Positions 50,663-63,461 of a DNA stretch of 64,000 nucleotides are shown piece by piece. The DNA lies in contig JARFYF010000074.1 of the NCBI GenBank assembly GCA_030265395.1, positions 17,499,684 through 17,563,683 on the forward strand. Direction: 5' to 3'. The stretch's first letter is position 1; every line of letters begins with the position of its first letter. The stretch comes from Rhina ancylostomus. Taxonomy: Eukaryota. A model generated the notes under the pieces. The model was not told where the DNA came from. It did not search any database and saw only the letters and a program-made list of their open reading frames with translations. The translations under genes were made by a program, and so were the position numbers.

Positions 50663-51059
50663 CTGAATCTCCCCACCTAAAAACATAATGGGAGACAGAA
50701 ACCTTCGTTTCTTTTTGTTTTAAATATTGACGTTGATCCTGTTTATCAGGGAAACTTTGCAGAATTTGCAGGCAATAATTTGCAAAGACAAAAAGTGAAC
50801 CATCATACTAAATGACAAGGTGTTTGATTTCACTTCATGGAACCAATCCAGAATAGATGTTCCGGAATCTGTGGAGCTATAAAACAGAACAGCTGAGTTT
50901 TTTTTATTACAGTTGCAAATCAACTTGTTTACATTGTGTTTTAACAAAACAAATACATTCATATTCTTGTAGATTGCAAACAGATTAATTCTGTTGCCAC
51001 CAATGTTAATGACAGATGCTAGTATTAAATCTCCTGTCAAGAGACTTGTCCCTTGTTCC

Positions 51060-51435
51060 ATGTTTTTACGTTGAAAACATTATCCCCACTGATTTTGTTA
51101 TGAAATCAACCAATTTCGTTGACACCAATGTTGAACAATCCAAACTGTTTGCACCAGTGTTGAATAGATTGATTCTATTGGCTGATGTTCAACATTCAGT
51201 TCCATTGATATCAACTTAAAACTGATCAATGCCATTTCTAGCAACACTAAAGAGACTAATCCCATTGATATCAATATTAATCCCATTATGTCAATGTTAT
51301 GCCGTCCAATCCAATTGAGACCAAAGTTAAATAGACAAGTTCCCATTGACAGCAATATTGAACAATCTAATTGTATTGACGTGACTATTAGAGGAAACTA
51401 ATTCCATTGAAACCATATTGATCTGATTCCATTAT
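51060..51435. repeat. Degenerate ~30-bp minisatellite, about 12 units
   Basis: AATTTCGTTGACACCAATGTTGAACAATCC / AGTTCCATTGATATCAACTTAAAACTGATC / AATCCAATTGAGACCAAAGTTAAATAGACA / GTTCCCATTGACAGCAATATTGAACAATCT; an outlying unit near 50987. Confidence 0.75.
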
Positions 51436-53149
51436 TTCTACACAGTTGTTTTGTTTCCTATTTAGCCAGGCATATTTGGGAAGGATTTATGTGTTAAAAT
51501 CATGTTTTCTGTGATGCCCATCTTAAACATTGAATCAAGTGGTGTAGTCTGCCAAGCATCCTCAGCTAATATGGTCCCCTGTCCATTCTGACCTCGTCTG
51601 AAATAATAAATGATTCCATCCACCATTTTTAACTATTTGATGTCAGGTTTCAGAAATTGTTTTTGAAAATGCATTATCATACAGGGACGAGCACTAAATA
51701 AAGAACTGTCTTTTCTATTCTGGCATTGCATTGAATAATGGAGAAATAACCATTCAGCTATTTAGCCTCTTGGCACCATGTTGGATCCTTAGTGTATTAG
51801 ATATGTGGACATTTACTCTCTCATGTTGTTGTGCTGTGATGACAATCTGGTTCAAGTGAAGAAATTTTGCCAGATGTTCCAGATGTATACACTTCAAGTC
51901 TCTTAAGATTGTAGATCGGCTTTGTGAATATTTACTTTCAGTAAGTTCCTTGCATCTTTACCTCTTAGTACTGAAGCTTTTTGTTTGGCTTCAATTTTTG
52001 TTCTGCTCTCTGTAAAGTAGAAAATTGCCATACAAAAAAAAATATTCACCAATCTCACTGAAATGGGTGGCCCTTTTGCAGTAACTTTGGTGTAGTCTCA
52101 CAGCAGATTTAACCAAGAGTTTACATGTACTGGCAATGTTAACAAAACAGTTTTGCATAATTAAACTTTCTAGCCTGGCAAAGGGATTTACATTAACCTT
52201 GTAATTTGAAGTTGTTTTGTCTTTAAAAGCTGTTGCAACTTTGCACCCAATTACTTTGCTAATTAATTCATTCTTATTCATACCTCTTGATATGATCATA
52301 CTAGATCCAGTGCCAGTTTTAATTGCTTTCTTGATGAGGGCAGAATAATTCAGATAAAACAGTCTTTATCTTATCTCCTACTGTTCCCTGCAACTCATTG
52401 CCAATAAATGACACCAATTGGTTTTCTTCTTGCCAACTTATGACATTCGCTATCTTTTGGTATGGAGAATCTTTGTCAGTATTTACTCAGCTTATGCATA
52501 ATTGATTTTTTTCTGCAAAATATTGGTTGGTTTGCACATATCAAAAGTTTCAGTTTTGCCATCTTGTGCATTCAATTTTTATAATAAATGTGGAGTTATT
52601 AATCAAGTCTCTCTCATCTATTCCTGCAGTCCTTTACAATATAGCCACTGACCAAATGCAATATAATGATTTTGTTAAAAGAATAAGTCATCTTTAGTCT
52701 TGACTATCTTCCTCTAGAATCTGCCATTAATTTTTAATTCTGAAATAATTAGGTTATTTTTTCCTTATGCATCTATAGTCCCTGAGTAAAGGACAGGCCT
52801 ACAATCTTTTTATCTTTTTCTCTTGGATGTTGTAAAGCTGAGAAAGTCTTTAGAGTGAGCAAATTGATAAATGACTTGTCTAAAAGTTACTCATGTTACA
52901 TATCAAAAAATCTTTCCTTAAAGAAGAGTCAAGAAATTGTGCAACAATTCTCACAAAGTTTTACTGCAAATTCCTCATTGCTCCATAAAATATCCAGGCA
53001 AACAAGTTACTGCCTTATCAGAACTGGACAGTAATTTCCTCAGTAAATCTGGACTTCTTTCTCCTAGATTCGACTGTGAGAATTAGCTGACAATGATGGT
53101 TATTGCTGTGTGTTTTGTTGTTTGGGATGCCCCAAGGGATCTGCAGCCT

Positions 53150-53300
53150 GCTGGCTGCGTCATCATTCAGCCAATGTACAGCCAATGATTGTGTCTTGCT
53201 GCCTTTCGGCTTAGCAAGCCAATGAATTTACAAAATGACTCGGCTGACAGTTTGAGTTGATATTTAATGTATTGTTTTTACAAAGGTTACGCACAATTGC
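53150..53300. promoter_or_regulatory. Candidate NF-Y/CRE-type promoter or enhancer module
   Basis: AGCCAATG three times (CCAAT at 53171, 53182, 53219), TGCGTCA at 53156, TGACTC at 53236, TGACAG at 53245; several CpGs in unique sequence. Confidence 0.4.
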
Positions 53301-53824
53301 TTTATCCTTCCTCCAAAAAACATTAACCAATAAAATTCCACAATGATAATGATAATTTTGCTGAAGATTGAGACTGCCCTTGTTTTCACTGAGTTTTTAC
53401 TCTTGTGATAATGATATTCACAAGTGTGGGAGTCACTGCCTGGACTCTGAACCCAAGTACTTCCAGACTTGGGGAGAGCCTAATGTAAGTGGAAATGCAG
53501 TTGATAAAACCTAGATTAACAGCCAGTGCAAGCTCTGGGAGGTTATGAAGATACATGATTGAACTAACCTGTGATAGAAGTTTGGAGGAGAATATATTAT
53601 GGCATTGCTTCAATGTGGCTTTCCTATGTCTGCTTAATTTTATTGTCATTTTAAATAATGCTGCTAATTCTCAACATTGTTCCTCAAAAATGAGCTAAAA
53701 ATGAATTTGAGAGAGGTAAAACAATGATAAGCATTTTCCTCTGCAAGGTGTAATAAATTCAAAATGGCTTTTTTCCTTCAAGATCATAACTATTTCACAT
53801 AAAAGGTTCCAAAATGATGTTATA

Positions 53825-54097
53825 CATTCAAGAATGAGACGAAGAGGACTTTTTTTTCTCTCAGAAGTTGGTAGATCGAAGGAATTCTTGACCCCCGAAA
53901 GGTGTGGAAGCTGAGTTATTGAATGTATCTAAGGGTGAGCTTGGTAGAAATTTAGATTTTAGGTGAGTGAAGTGTTGTGGGGATCAAACAGCAAAGTAGA
54001 GCAATGACCATGATCAGATCAGACATGATCTTATTGAATGGTAAAGCAGGCACAAGGGACCATATCGCCTATTCCGTTTCATGTTTCTTATGTTCTT
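53825..54097 (+). mobile_element. CR1 LINE 3' end
   Basis: GAGACGAAGAGGACTTTTTTTTCTCTCAGAAG..GATCAGACATGATCTTATTGAATGG..TTCTTATGTTCT. Confidence 0.75.
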
Positions 54098-55257
54098 AGA
54101 TATCTAGTTGCGAGAAATATTTATTTTCTGAATTTCATTGTTAATTATATTCTAAGGTAGATTATTTTCGCTGCTCTATCACTAAGTACTTGATGAGATG
54201 TCATTTAAAATTGTGAGAATAGAAAATNNNNNNNNNNNNNNNNNNNNNNNNNNNNNNNNNNNNNNNNNGAGAGAAATAGTCAATTATATATTTTTTATAA
54301 CAAAAATGTAGTAAGTTATTTCACTTTCTTCAAAACTGGGCTGCAAGACTTCAAAGAAGAGGTGTCAGAATCATCTATCAATATGATCACTATTTAAGGA
54401 GAATTAACAAATGGCCAGGTGCAAGTTATAAAGATATAAAACACTCAAGGGCTTTGAATGACATTATAAACTGTTTTATAAATGATCCTTTGTATGTTAT
54501 AACCTTAACTGTTCTCTCATTTACTTTGAATTATAGTTTCCAACACATTGTTCTCGCACATCCACCTCAATTGTTCCCCATTTCTTGAAAAGATTACTTC
54601 TGATTCTAATGGTAGTTTGTATTAATTCTTTATTCACTATTGAGGACATTTATCTATGCTCTGGGAAAATTCCTGTTTGCCATTTTTTACTGCAGCATTT
54701 CTTCTGACGTCAACATTAGTGTGAATGTGTTGAGTTCATTATACCAAACTAGGTTTATGGCATCACTATCATTGTATGTGGCAATATGCTCTATTTTAAA
54801 ACTGTTTCTACTTTGTAGGTAAAATAAATAGATGTCTTGGAATAAGTTTCTCTGGGGCAACAGACAACACAGAATATTTATAATGTAGCAGAACTCGTCA
54901 TGTTTTGTATTATAAAAGTAAAGTGAATCCTATATCATTATGAAAATGTTAATTATTACATTGTAATAACACCAAGAACTTTAGACAATGATTTACCTGT
55001 AGATTTGGACTGGGAGCTGCTGTAATATTGTACTGGGCTTTGGTGAAGTTACTGGTAAAGATATTTGAATGGGTTCAAATCAGGATTACAAGTTGCAACT
55101 CAACAGGGTGGCTAAAGAAAATGATACTGCAGCTATGCATCTATCCAGAACAATGAGGGAACATATAACCTGGGATAAGAATGCACTGAATGCAGACAGC
55201 TGTTTCCAAAATGGTGACCTAGTCCAAGATAGTGGTGCACCAGCAACAAACAGATAG

Positions 55258-55607
55258 GATGACACAGTGATGCAGCTTATACAGCTGCTGCCTTACAGCT
55301 CCAGTGCCTTGGATTCAAATCTGACCTCGGGTACTGTTGATGTGGGGATTGTCCTTTTACTATGTGAACAGACAATCCCTTTGACTATGTGAATTTCCTC
55401 CAGGTGCTCCAGTGTCCTCCCACTTCCCAAAGACCTGCTGATTGGAAGGGTAACTGGCCACAGTAAACTGCACCAAGTGTAGGTGGACTGTACAATCTGG
55501 GAGGGAGTTAATGGGGAGAATGAAAAATGGGATTAGTGTAAATGGGTGCTTGACAGTCAGTGTGGATGATGGGCTAAAGGGCCTGTTTTTATGCTGTATG
55601 ACTGTAT
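55258..55607 (+). mobile_element. V-SINE (HE1-like)
   Basis: Head GACACAGTGATGCAGCT..GGATTCAAATCTGACCTC, core TTTCCTCCAGGTGCTCCAG, tail GGGCTAAAGGGCCTGTTTTTATGCTGTATGACT. Confidence 0.8.
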
Positions 55608-55724
55608 GTGGAATTTTATAGAGGAATGTGAAATTTGGGCTGTCCAGAAAGCAAAGCAGTTAAATGCATTAACTTCCCATAAGGTCAAAATTCCTACGGC
55701 AGTACAGCAATGATTCTAAATGGG

Positions 55725-56110
55725 TTTATTTATGGGGAGAGATTGACTAGATTAGGCCTGTATTCTCTCATGTTTAGAAGAATGATATCTCATTGAAACT
55801 TACAGAATTCTTACAGGGCTTGACAGGCTTCAGAATGTTTGAGAATGTTTTCCCAAGCTGAGCAGTCTAGAACCAGTGGTCAAACTCTCAGAATAAGGAG
55901 TAGGCCATTTAGGACAGAGATGATGAGAAATTTCTTCACACAGAGGATGGTGAGTCTGTAGAATTCTCTCTGAGGGCTGTGGAAACTCAGTCACTGAGTT
56001 CATTCATGATGGAGATCAATTGAATTCTGGATATGAAGGGAATCAAGTGACATGTGGATAGCACAGGAAAATGACACTAAGGCAGAAGATCAGAATTGAT
56101 CTTGATAGAG
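55725..56110 (+). mobile_element. CR1 LINE 3' end
   Basis: GAGAGATTGACTAGATTAGGCCTGTATTCTCT (ERL.RLGLYSL)..AAATTTCTTCACACAGAGGATGGTGAG. Confidence 0.85.
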
Positions 56111-56111
56111 T

Positions 56112-56612
56112 CTCATGAGTCATACAGCAGGGAAAAAGATCCTTCAGCCAATCAGGTCTGTCCTGGCCATCCCACACTAATCCAACACTTATCCCATTTT
56201 TCTATTCTCCCCACATCTCCATCAACTCTTTCCATATTTTACCACTCACCTTCACACTAAGGGAATGCACAGTAGCCAATGAACCTGCTAGCCTGCATGT
56301 CTTTTGAGCTGTGGGAGCACCTGGAAGAAACCCACACAGTTACAGGAACAATGTGCAAACTCTGTGCAGGCACAGCAATGCAGCTGGGTGGCACAGTGGT
56401 ACAACTAGTAGAGCTGCTACCTTGCAGTTTAGGTGACCAGGGTTTAATCCTGACCTGTGGTGCTGTCAGTGTGGTGTTTGCATGTTCTCCCTGTGACTGT
56501 GTAGATTTCCTCCAGGTGCTCCAGTTTCTTCCTCCGTCCCAAACTTGTGCAGTTGGGGAGGTTAATTGCTGTATATTGGCCAGCGTGTGAATAAGTAGTA
56601 GAATCTAGAGAC
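56112..56612. mobile_element. Head-to-head V-SINE pair (minus ~56112-56375, plus ~56385-56612)
   Basis: GAGCACCTGGAAGAAACCCACACAGTTACAGGAACAATGTGCAAAC is complementary to GTTTGCATGTTCTCCCTGTGACTGTGTAGATTTCCTCCAGGTGCTC. Confidence 0.8.
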
Positions 56613-56619
56613 AGTTGAT

Positions 56620-57505
56620 GTCTCTGTGTAAAAAAGACTTGCCTCGCACATCTCCTTTAAACTTTCCCCCTCTCACCTTAAAGCTATGTCCTCTAGTGTT
56701 TAACATTTCCACCCAGGGAAAAATTACTCTGACTATCTACCCTATCTGTGCCTTTCATAATCTTATTTACTTGTATCAGGTCTCTCATCAGCCTCTAAAA
56801 CTCCAGTGAAAACAATCCAAGTTTGTCCATCCTCTCCTGATAGCTAATGACCTCTAATCCAGGTAACATCCTGGTGAACCTCTTCTGCACTCTCTCCAAT
56901 TACTTCCTGTAATATGGTGACAAGAACTGCACACAGTACTCCAGATATGGCCTGACCAAAGTTTTGTACAGCTGCACATGACTTCTTGACTTTTACACTC
57001 AATGCCCAGCCAACAAGCATGCTATACACCTTTTTTACCAGCCTATCTACTTGTGTTGCCACTTTCAGGGGGCTATGGACTTGCACCCCAAGATCCTTCT
57101 GTACATCAGTGCTTCAGAGGGTTCTGCCATTTACATTTGACCTCCCTAAGCGCAACACTTCACACTTGTCCAGACTAAATTCCATCTGCCATTTCTCTGC
57201 CAATATTTCCAACTGATCTATATCCTGCTGCATCCTTTGACAACTTTCTTCACTATCCACAGCTCCACCAGTATTTGTGTTGTCTGCAAACTTGCTAATC
57301 AACCCATCTACATTTTCATCCAAATCATTGATATACTGTATATCACAAAACAACAGAAATCCCAGCACTGATCCCTGTGGAACACCACTGATATCAGACT
57401 CCAAGTCAGAGCAAAACCCCCTCCACCACTACCCTCTGTCTTCTATGGCCAAACCAATTTTGAATCCAATCTACCAAGTCACCATGGGTTCTTAATCTTC
57501 CAGAT
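56620..57505 (-). mobile_element. CR1 LINE reverse transcriptase fragment (pseudogenic)
   Basis: ORF 57114-57404: SGVPQGSVLGFLLF..YINDLDENVDGLISKFADNT..LAEKWQMEFSLDKCEVL; the catalytic FADD reads FADN; frameshifts downstream. Confidence 0.95.
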
Positions 57506-58429
57506 CAGTCGACTAGCCTCCAATATTATCAGTTATATCTTGAGTTTTGCTGTTTTCCCCCACAGATCTTTACATTAATTTATGTGTTTGTGCAGCCATA
57601 AAGTGTCATTATGCATGTTTGCAGGAATATTTGTTGATACAATTAATATTCTAAGATCATATTGTGATACAGTAATACATTGCATTTCACCTTCTGTGAT
57701 GTATTTAAAATCGTACATGATCAGGTTTAAATTTTCCACTGAAGTATTATTTTTATAAAGAAGTTGAGACATAATATTTGAACATTTTATTGGCAGAGAA
57801 GGTGTCTCTTGACAGGATCTTTGATGGTACCTGTTCATCCAGTGATTCCAATGTTATTTATAGTATTTGATGCTGTTAGATGACGAATGAAAATTTGAAT
57901 ACTTTCTATATCCTTTCCCTGTCTTTTGCATGAAAAAAAATGTCCTTGACATTATTCATGCAGTACCCCTGCATAGGGTTTGAGGCTACTTTGATCATTT
58001 ACTGCTGTAAGCCTCCTGTGTTATCTCAGCAGTCAGTGGATTAGGGTGAGTAACATCCTCCTCACAGCCTGAATAAATATTGCCATTACTTTCACCCAGG
58101 ATGTCATTGCAGAAGGTCTAACTCTGGGGAGTGCTGAGAAGGTGTTTGTGCTTAAGCAATCCCTCAGGACCGTTCAAGGCAACATAGCATTTTTGGAAAT
58201 AGTATTCTTGGTTTTATGAGAGCTTTACGTTTTGTCCAAGGGGAGAAAAATGAAAAAAAAATCTCACTATTCTATCCTCTTACTTGTATGACCAATGTTT
58301 CACCATTGCATTTTGTCCTGTTGTATTTTGCTTCAGTTTTTCAAAATTGCATTTAAACTAATTAAACTGCTACAAGCTAAATATTAAATGTTAATTCTGT
58401 GGTGATATAAATATATTTACCTATATTAT

Positions 58430-59750
58430 TCATTCACAGATGTGTCATCATTGGTAGTGCAAACATTCATTGATCATCCCTAATTACTCTTGTAAATGTG
58501 GGGTGAACCATCCGCAGCTTTTGTGAAGGTTCTCTGACAGTGCTGTTGGTTGGGCAGTCGAGGGATTTCGACTGACAACGATGAAGTAATGGCTACATTT
58601 TTCCAAATCAGGACAGCATGTGGAAATATTCCTTTCTGCCTGTTGCTCTTGTCCTTCTAAGCAATAGAGTTTGCAGGATTGAGCTATCCTGCTGAAGAAG
58701 ATTTGGCGAGTTCTTACAAAGCATCTTTCATGTCAGACACACTGCTGGTGGTGGAGAAAATGGATGTTTCAGGTGGTTAATGGGATACAATTCACATGAA
58801 CTGCTCTGGATGAAGCTGGGCTATTGGAATGTTGTCAACACTGCACTCACCCAGTCAAGTCCTATCACATTCTTGCTTTGTCAGTGATGAATATACTTTG
58901 AATCAGAAAGTANNNNNNNNNNNNNNNNNNNNNNNNNNNNNNNNNNNNNNNNNNNNNNNNNNNNNNNNNNNNNNNNNNNNNNNNNNNNNNNNNNNNNNNN
59001 NNNNNNNNNNNNAGAAAGTAAAACCCTCCACACAGAATGCTCAGACTCCGATCTGCAATCACAGCTGCAGTATTTCTGTGGCTCGTTCACTTAAATTCTG
59101 GTCTGTGAAGTTCCTCATCCCAGTCCCCACACTCCACACCCCTCTGGATGTTGAGAGTAGAGGATTTGGTGATGATATTACTTGTGAATGTCCATCAAGG
59201 ATCATGTTCAACTGGGGAGAGTTGAACCTAATGTGATTCAGCTCTCTCTGTTTGGGCATGGACCATACCTGGCATTTATTTGTCATGAAATTCCTTGCTA
59301 CATAATAAGATTGAATATTTTCCAGTAATTCAAAAGCAAAAATAAAACAAAGCAAATGCTCGAAATCTAATATGTAATCAGAAAATGTTGAAATTATTCA
59401 GCAGGTCTGACAGTTTATGTGGAGAGCAAAACAGAGTTACTGTTTCAGGTTAATGACATTCCAGTCAATACTTTGATGGGAGGTCATTGACCAGAAATAT
59501 TGGCTCTGCTTTGTTCCCAGGGATGTTGTCTAACCTGCTGAATATTACCAGCATTTTCCGTTTTTATTTTTCGATGTTACCCTGGTCTTGTTGCTTGAGA
59601 ACATGGTGAGTTGGCTGCCTGAGGAGTTGGGAATGAAACTGAACACTTGCCCTTTTCTGACCTTATAACTGTGAGAAGGTCATTAATGAAGCTTCTGAAT
59701 ATGATCAAACTGAGAATACTGACCTGAAGAACTCTATAGTGATGTCCAAG
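58430..59750 (-). mobile_element. Second CR1-clade LINE family, decayed, interrupted by a Penelope-like palindrome
   Basis: Tail CATTCATTGATCATCCCTAATTACTCTTG; minus NKCQVWSMPKQRELNH..ISSPNPLLST matches a post-RT region. Confidence 0.65.
59341..59570. mobile_element. Fold-back Penelope-derived mini-element (two inverted hammerhead termini)
   Basis: 59381-59458 aligns with the reverse complement of 59481-59558 (GAAAATG.TG..AT.TTCAGCAGGT..GACA....CAGAG....TTTC.GGT.AATGAC). Confidence 0.8.
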
Positions 59751-59849
59751 TGTTGAACACTCAGAAGTATAATTTCTTCAATCTTGGTAGTTCAACATGC
59801 ATCAATTTTGTGTATAAGCAAGCTTAACTAGCAATAATTTAATATTAAT

Positions 59850-60765
59850 GAGAAAATAGGAGTAAGGGTGGGCCTCCTGACTTTGCAAGTCTGACCTGCC
59901 ATTCAATTTGATCATGGTTAATCAATGCAGGCCTCAGCTTCCCCATCTTTCAAAAATTCATATACCTTCATGTTAGGTACTCCTAATGATCTAACCTCTA
60001 TAACCCTCATGGTAAGAGAATTCCGAAAATTCCCTACCATCTTTGAAAAGAAATTTTTATGTACCTCGGTTTTAAGTGGCTGCTCTCTATCTTCAAAGCA
60101 TGTCCCCTCATTCGAGACTCTCCCATTTGTGAAACTATCTCAACACCTACCCTGTTATGCCTCCTTAGTATCTGAGGTTTCAATAACATCACCTTTCATT
60201 CTTCTAAACTCCAAAGAAGACAGACGCAACCTGTTTTACCTATCTTGATCTCATCCCCTAAATTAGCCTAATGAATCTCTCTTGGACTCCCTCCAATGAT
60301 ACCATATCCTTTCTTAGGTACGGGGACCAAATCTGTGAGCAGAGTTCCAGGTGCAGCCTCACCTCCACACTGTACAATTGTAACAAATGGTAGACTGTTT
60401 CCAAACTCCAACCCTCTGCAATAAAAGCTAATATGCCATTTGCCTTCTTCACTGCTTGCTGCACCTGCCTGCTAACTTTTTATGATTCTTGCACAAGGAA
60501 ACCAAGATCCCTCTGTACTCACTCATTTGCTTTCTTTTTCTATTTNNNNNNNNNNGGATGATAATCTGCCTTTTATTTCCTTTGACCAAGGCGCATGACC
60601 TCACACTTTCCCACAATAAATTCAGTCTGGCAAGTTTTCACCCAAAATCTATCTATATCCCATCACAGAATCATAATGTCCTCAACTCAAAATGCCCTTT
60701 CTCCTCATGTCATCGGCAAACTTGAATACCATACATCACCCTCCTCCAAATCATGCAGAAACTCT
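59850..60765 (-). mobile_element. CR1 LINE 3' portion
   Basis: ORF 60258-60464: QQAVKKANGILAFIA..VRLHLELCSQIWSPYLRKDMVSLEGVQERFIRLI. Confidence 0.9.
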
Positions 60766-62269
60766 CAGACTTTTGGACCTTGCTGTTTCATCCCTCATAA
60801 GTTAAATCAAATAATTTTAATGTATTGCTGATTTGTTTCAAGTAAACAACATATCTAAAGTTTATACAGAGGTAGACTTGAAAGTGGAAATTTGTTGGTG
60901 AGATCATGTAGTGTATTGATTTGGGTTATTTAGAGGGATTGTGTGTTGTTGTGCAAGTATATTACATTTCAATTAACTAACTCACTTTATTCAAAATATT
61001 ATACAAAATGATATATTTGAAAAGAGAGCACAAATGGTGTCAATCCAATGAGAAGAACACAAAATGCAACAAAAAGAGGTAAGTTTGTTCGCTTCTATAA
61101 AGAGAAAAGCTAAATTGTCATTCCAGATTCTTATTTCATGGTGATATCTTCTGCTTCACACAGTGCAATATGTACAAGAATATTAATTCTCAGTACTCTA
61201 GAGTATCATATTTAATAGGTATGTAATAAACAATGAGGTATATTATTTTACAATATATCCTTTAAATTTTGATAATACACATTATATGTACAGAGTAGGA
61301 TGTGTTACAACATGTCAATGGAGTATTATTACATGAGATTTTCAGAGTATATTAATCCCTGTGACAGGAAATGAAATAAAGTCCAATACCACTGCCATTC
61401 AGAACATACATGATTTGATTTTGGATTCCATTTGTTGTTATCTGTGATACAGAAAGCCAGCAAAAATGTTATTTCACCAACAATGAACTAAATCTGTCCC
61501 CACAGTCTCCAGCATTGTATTGAATAATACAGACCAGAGGGGTTTTTTTTATGGCGGGTGTATTACAACAGGGGATCCAAATCATGCTGATGAATTATTC
61601 AAAGGTTACAATCGTGCAACATATTCAGCTTCTTATTCTGAGAATGATAGTGTAATCAAGTATTTTATATTTTATATTACATTGTATTATATGAGAAGGG
61701 AAGCAATTAGGGAAGCAAATAAAATATTGTCCTTCATTGCAATAGGATTGGAAAATAAAAGTAAGAGACTATGAAAAGATATGATAATGCCACATTTCTC
61801 TACATAATACAGAACAAATTTGTCAGAAAGTTTTTCACCAGGCATGCTCCAGAATGGTCAGCACTCTAATAAATCCATGATTTTCCTTTCGGGTGCTCTG
61901 TGTATCGTAAACACTAATGCAGATTGATATCCAACAGTGTATGGCACATGCCTGAGCACCAATTCAGTGATTTTCATGTACAGAAGCGTAGCCCATGAAC
62001 AACAGGATTCACTTATGTAGAAGCTGGCCTCACCATTGCCCAGCAGCTATTTTGACTCCCCCTATCCCTACACTGCCCCAGTTCAAGCCCTGAGATCCTG
62101 ACCTTCCCCACATCCCTAATTGACACCCACCTTACCTTCCAGTGAACTGGTAACTTTTATTGCTATGTATGCGAGTGTGATAATTGTGTAAGTGGGGTAC
62201 TTGCTGCAAAATATATGCCTCTGGTGAGATCACACCTGGAATAAAGTCTTGCTCTTCTAAGCCAGAAAG

Positions 62270-62740
62270 AGATGTACTTGTCTTGGAGCAGATTGCAACA
62301 GAATGTTCATGAGATTGATTTCGGGGGAGAGAGAACTGTCATGCAAGGAAAGAATTGGGAGCATTGTCTTATCTTCTTTGAACTGTTGAATGAAAATTAC
62401 ACTCTTCTTTGAGGTGTTGACAAGGGTGCTGGGAGACAAGTTTCGCTTCCTTGAGAGTCATAGAGAAAGAGGCTTCATTTTATCAGAAATCCAGAACCAA
62501 CCAATTAAGACTGAAGTGACATGAAATTTCTTCTCAAGCACACTTGTGACTCATTGGAAATCTCTGCTCTGGGGGATCATGGAAGCTCATATTGAAGATT
62601 AAGATCAATAGATTTTTTGGACATTAAGGAAATCAGGGGATATGTAGATGGAATGGAAAAGTGTACTTGTGCAGTCTACCATGATTTTATTGGATGATAG
62701 GGAATGCTCATATGGACTGCTTGAGGTGCTGGCTCTTAAA
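62270..62740 (+). mobile_element. Decayed CR1 3' end
   Basis: TTGGAGCAGATTGCAACAGAATGTTCATGAGATTGATTTC..AAGACTGAAGTGACATGAAATTTCTTCTC..GGACATTAAGGAAATCAGGGGATATG. Confidence 0.7.
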
Positions 62741-62879
62741 GCTCTTAATATTTAATAGAAGGCAGTGATGTGCTGTTATAATCAGGAATAAAGTAATGTA
62801 ATATGTGGTGTATTTTGTTATTATATACGTACTGAACGGTACAATTATTGAATTCAGAACCATTGAGGAATTCATCTTC

Positions 62880-63235
62880 AGTTTGGTTCTGCTGAAGAAA
62901 AATGCAATTTTATCTAACCAGGATCAGCTGTCTTTTCTTTCCATTTATTCCATGGAAGAAAACGGCATTTCACTAACCAGACGAGTGATTAGTGAAAAAG
63001 CGTGTGACGTGTCACTCGACAATTGACAGCTGTGTCCAGGAGCCTATAAATAGCTGTAAAGACTAATACTCTCGATCCAGCTTCATTTTTAAAGGGGCAG
63101 TCTCTGAAGATCAATTGCACAGCCGGATTGCTTACCAAATAAAAAGGATAAAGATTGTAATGAATTTAACAGCAATCTGATGAGGACACTATGGCCCTGA
63201 TTAGATCTGTAACTTCAAATTATACAGTGAATATA
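62880..63235. promoter_or_regulatory. Candidate enhancer/promoter with MEF2/TATA, Meis plus E-box and CRE-like motifs
   Basis: CTATAAATAG 63044-63053, TGACAGCTG 63024-63032, GTGACGTGTCAC 63004-63015, CAGCTG 62925; local CpG cluster. Confidence 0.45.
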
Positions 63236-63461
63236 TCCCTTTTAAAAAATGTTGTGTCAGCACATCTGATACCAAAAGCATGTCCTGATGTATTATTGAA
63301 TAAGAATGATAGGAATCGCTAAACAAATCTTTTGAAATGCTCCAACTTTCCATAATAACTCAAGCACAATATTTTAGTTTGGATGCCAAAAATATGGCTT
63401 AAGCATTTTTTTAAATTTAAGAAATATATTCCTGTATAATATAGACAAAACAACCAGTCTT

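Noticed and set aside
27490-51435. CRISPR-like interpretation of the ~30-bp arrays
   Set aside because: Units are contiguous and degenerate with no unique spacers; eukaryotic context with no cas genes.
63170-63215. CTGATGAGGAC possible hammerhead ribozyme (also CTGACGAG near 40405)
   Set aside because: No GAAA after a closable stem II.
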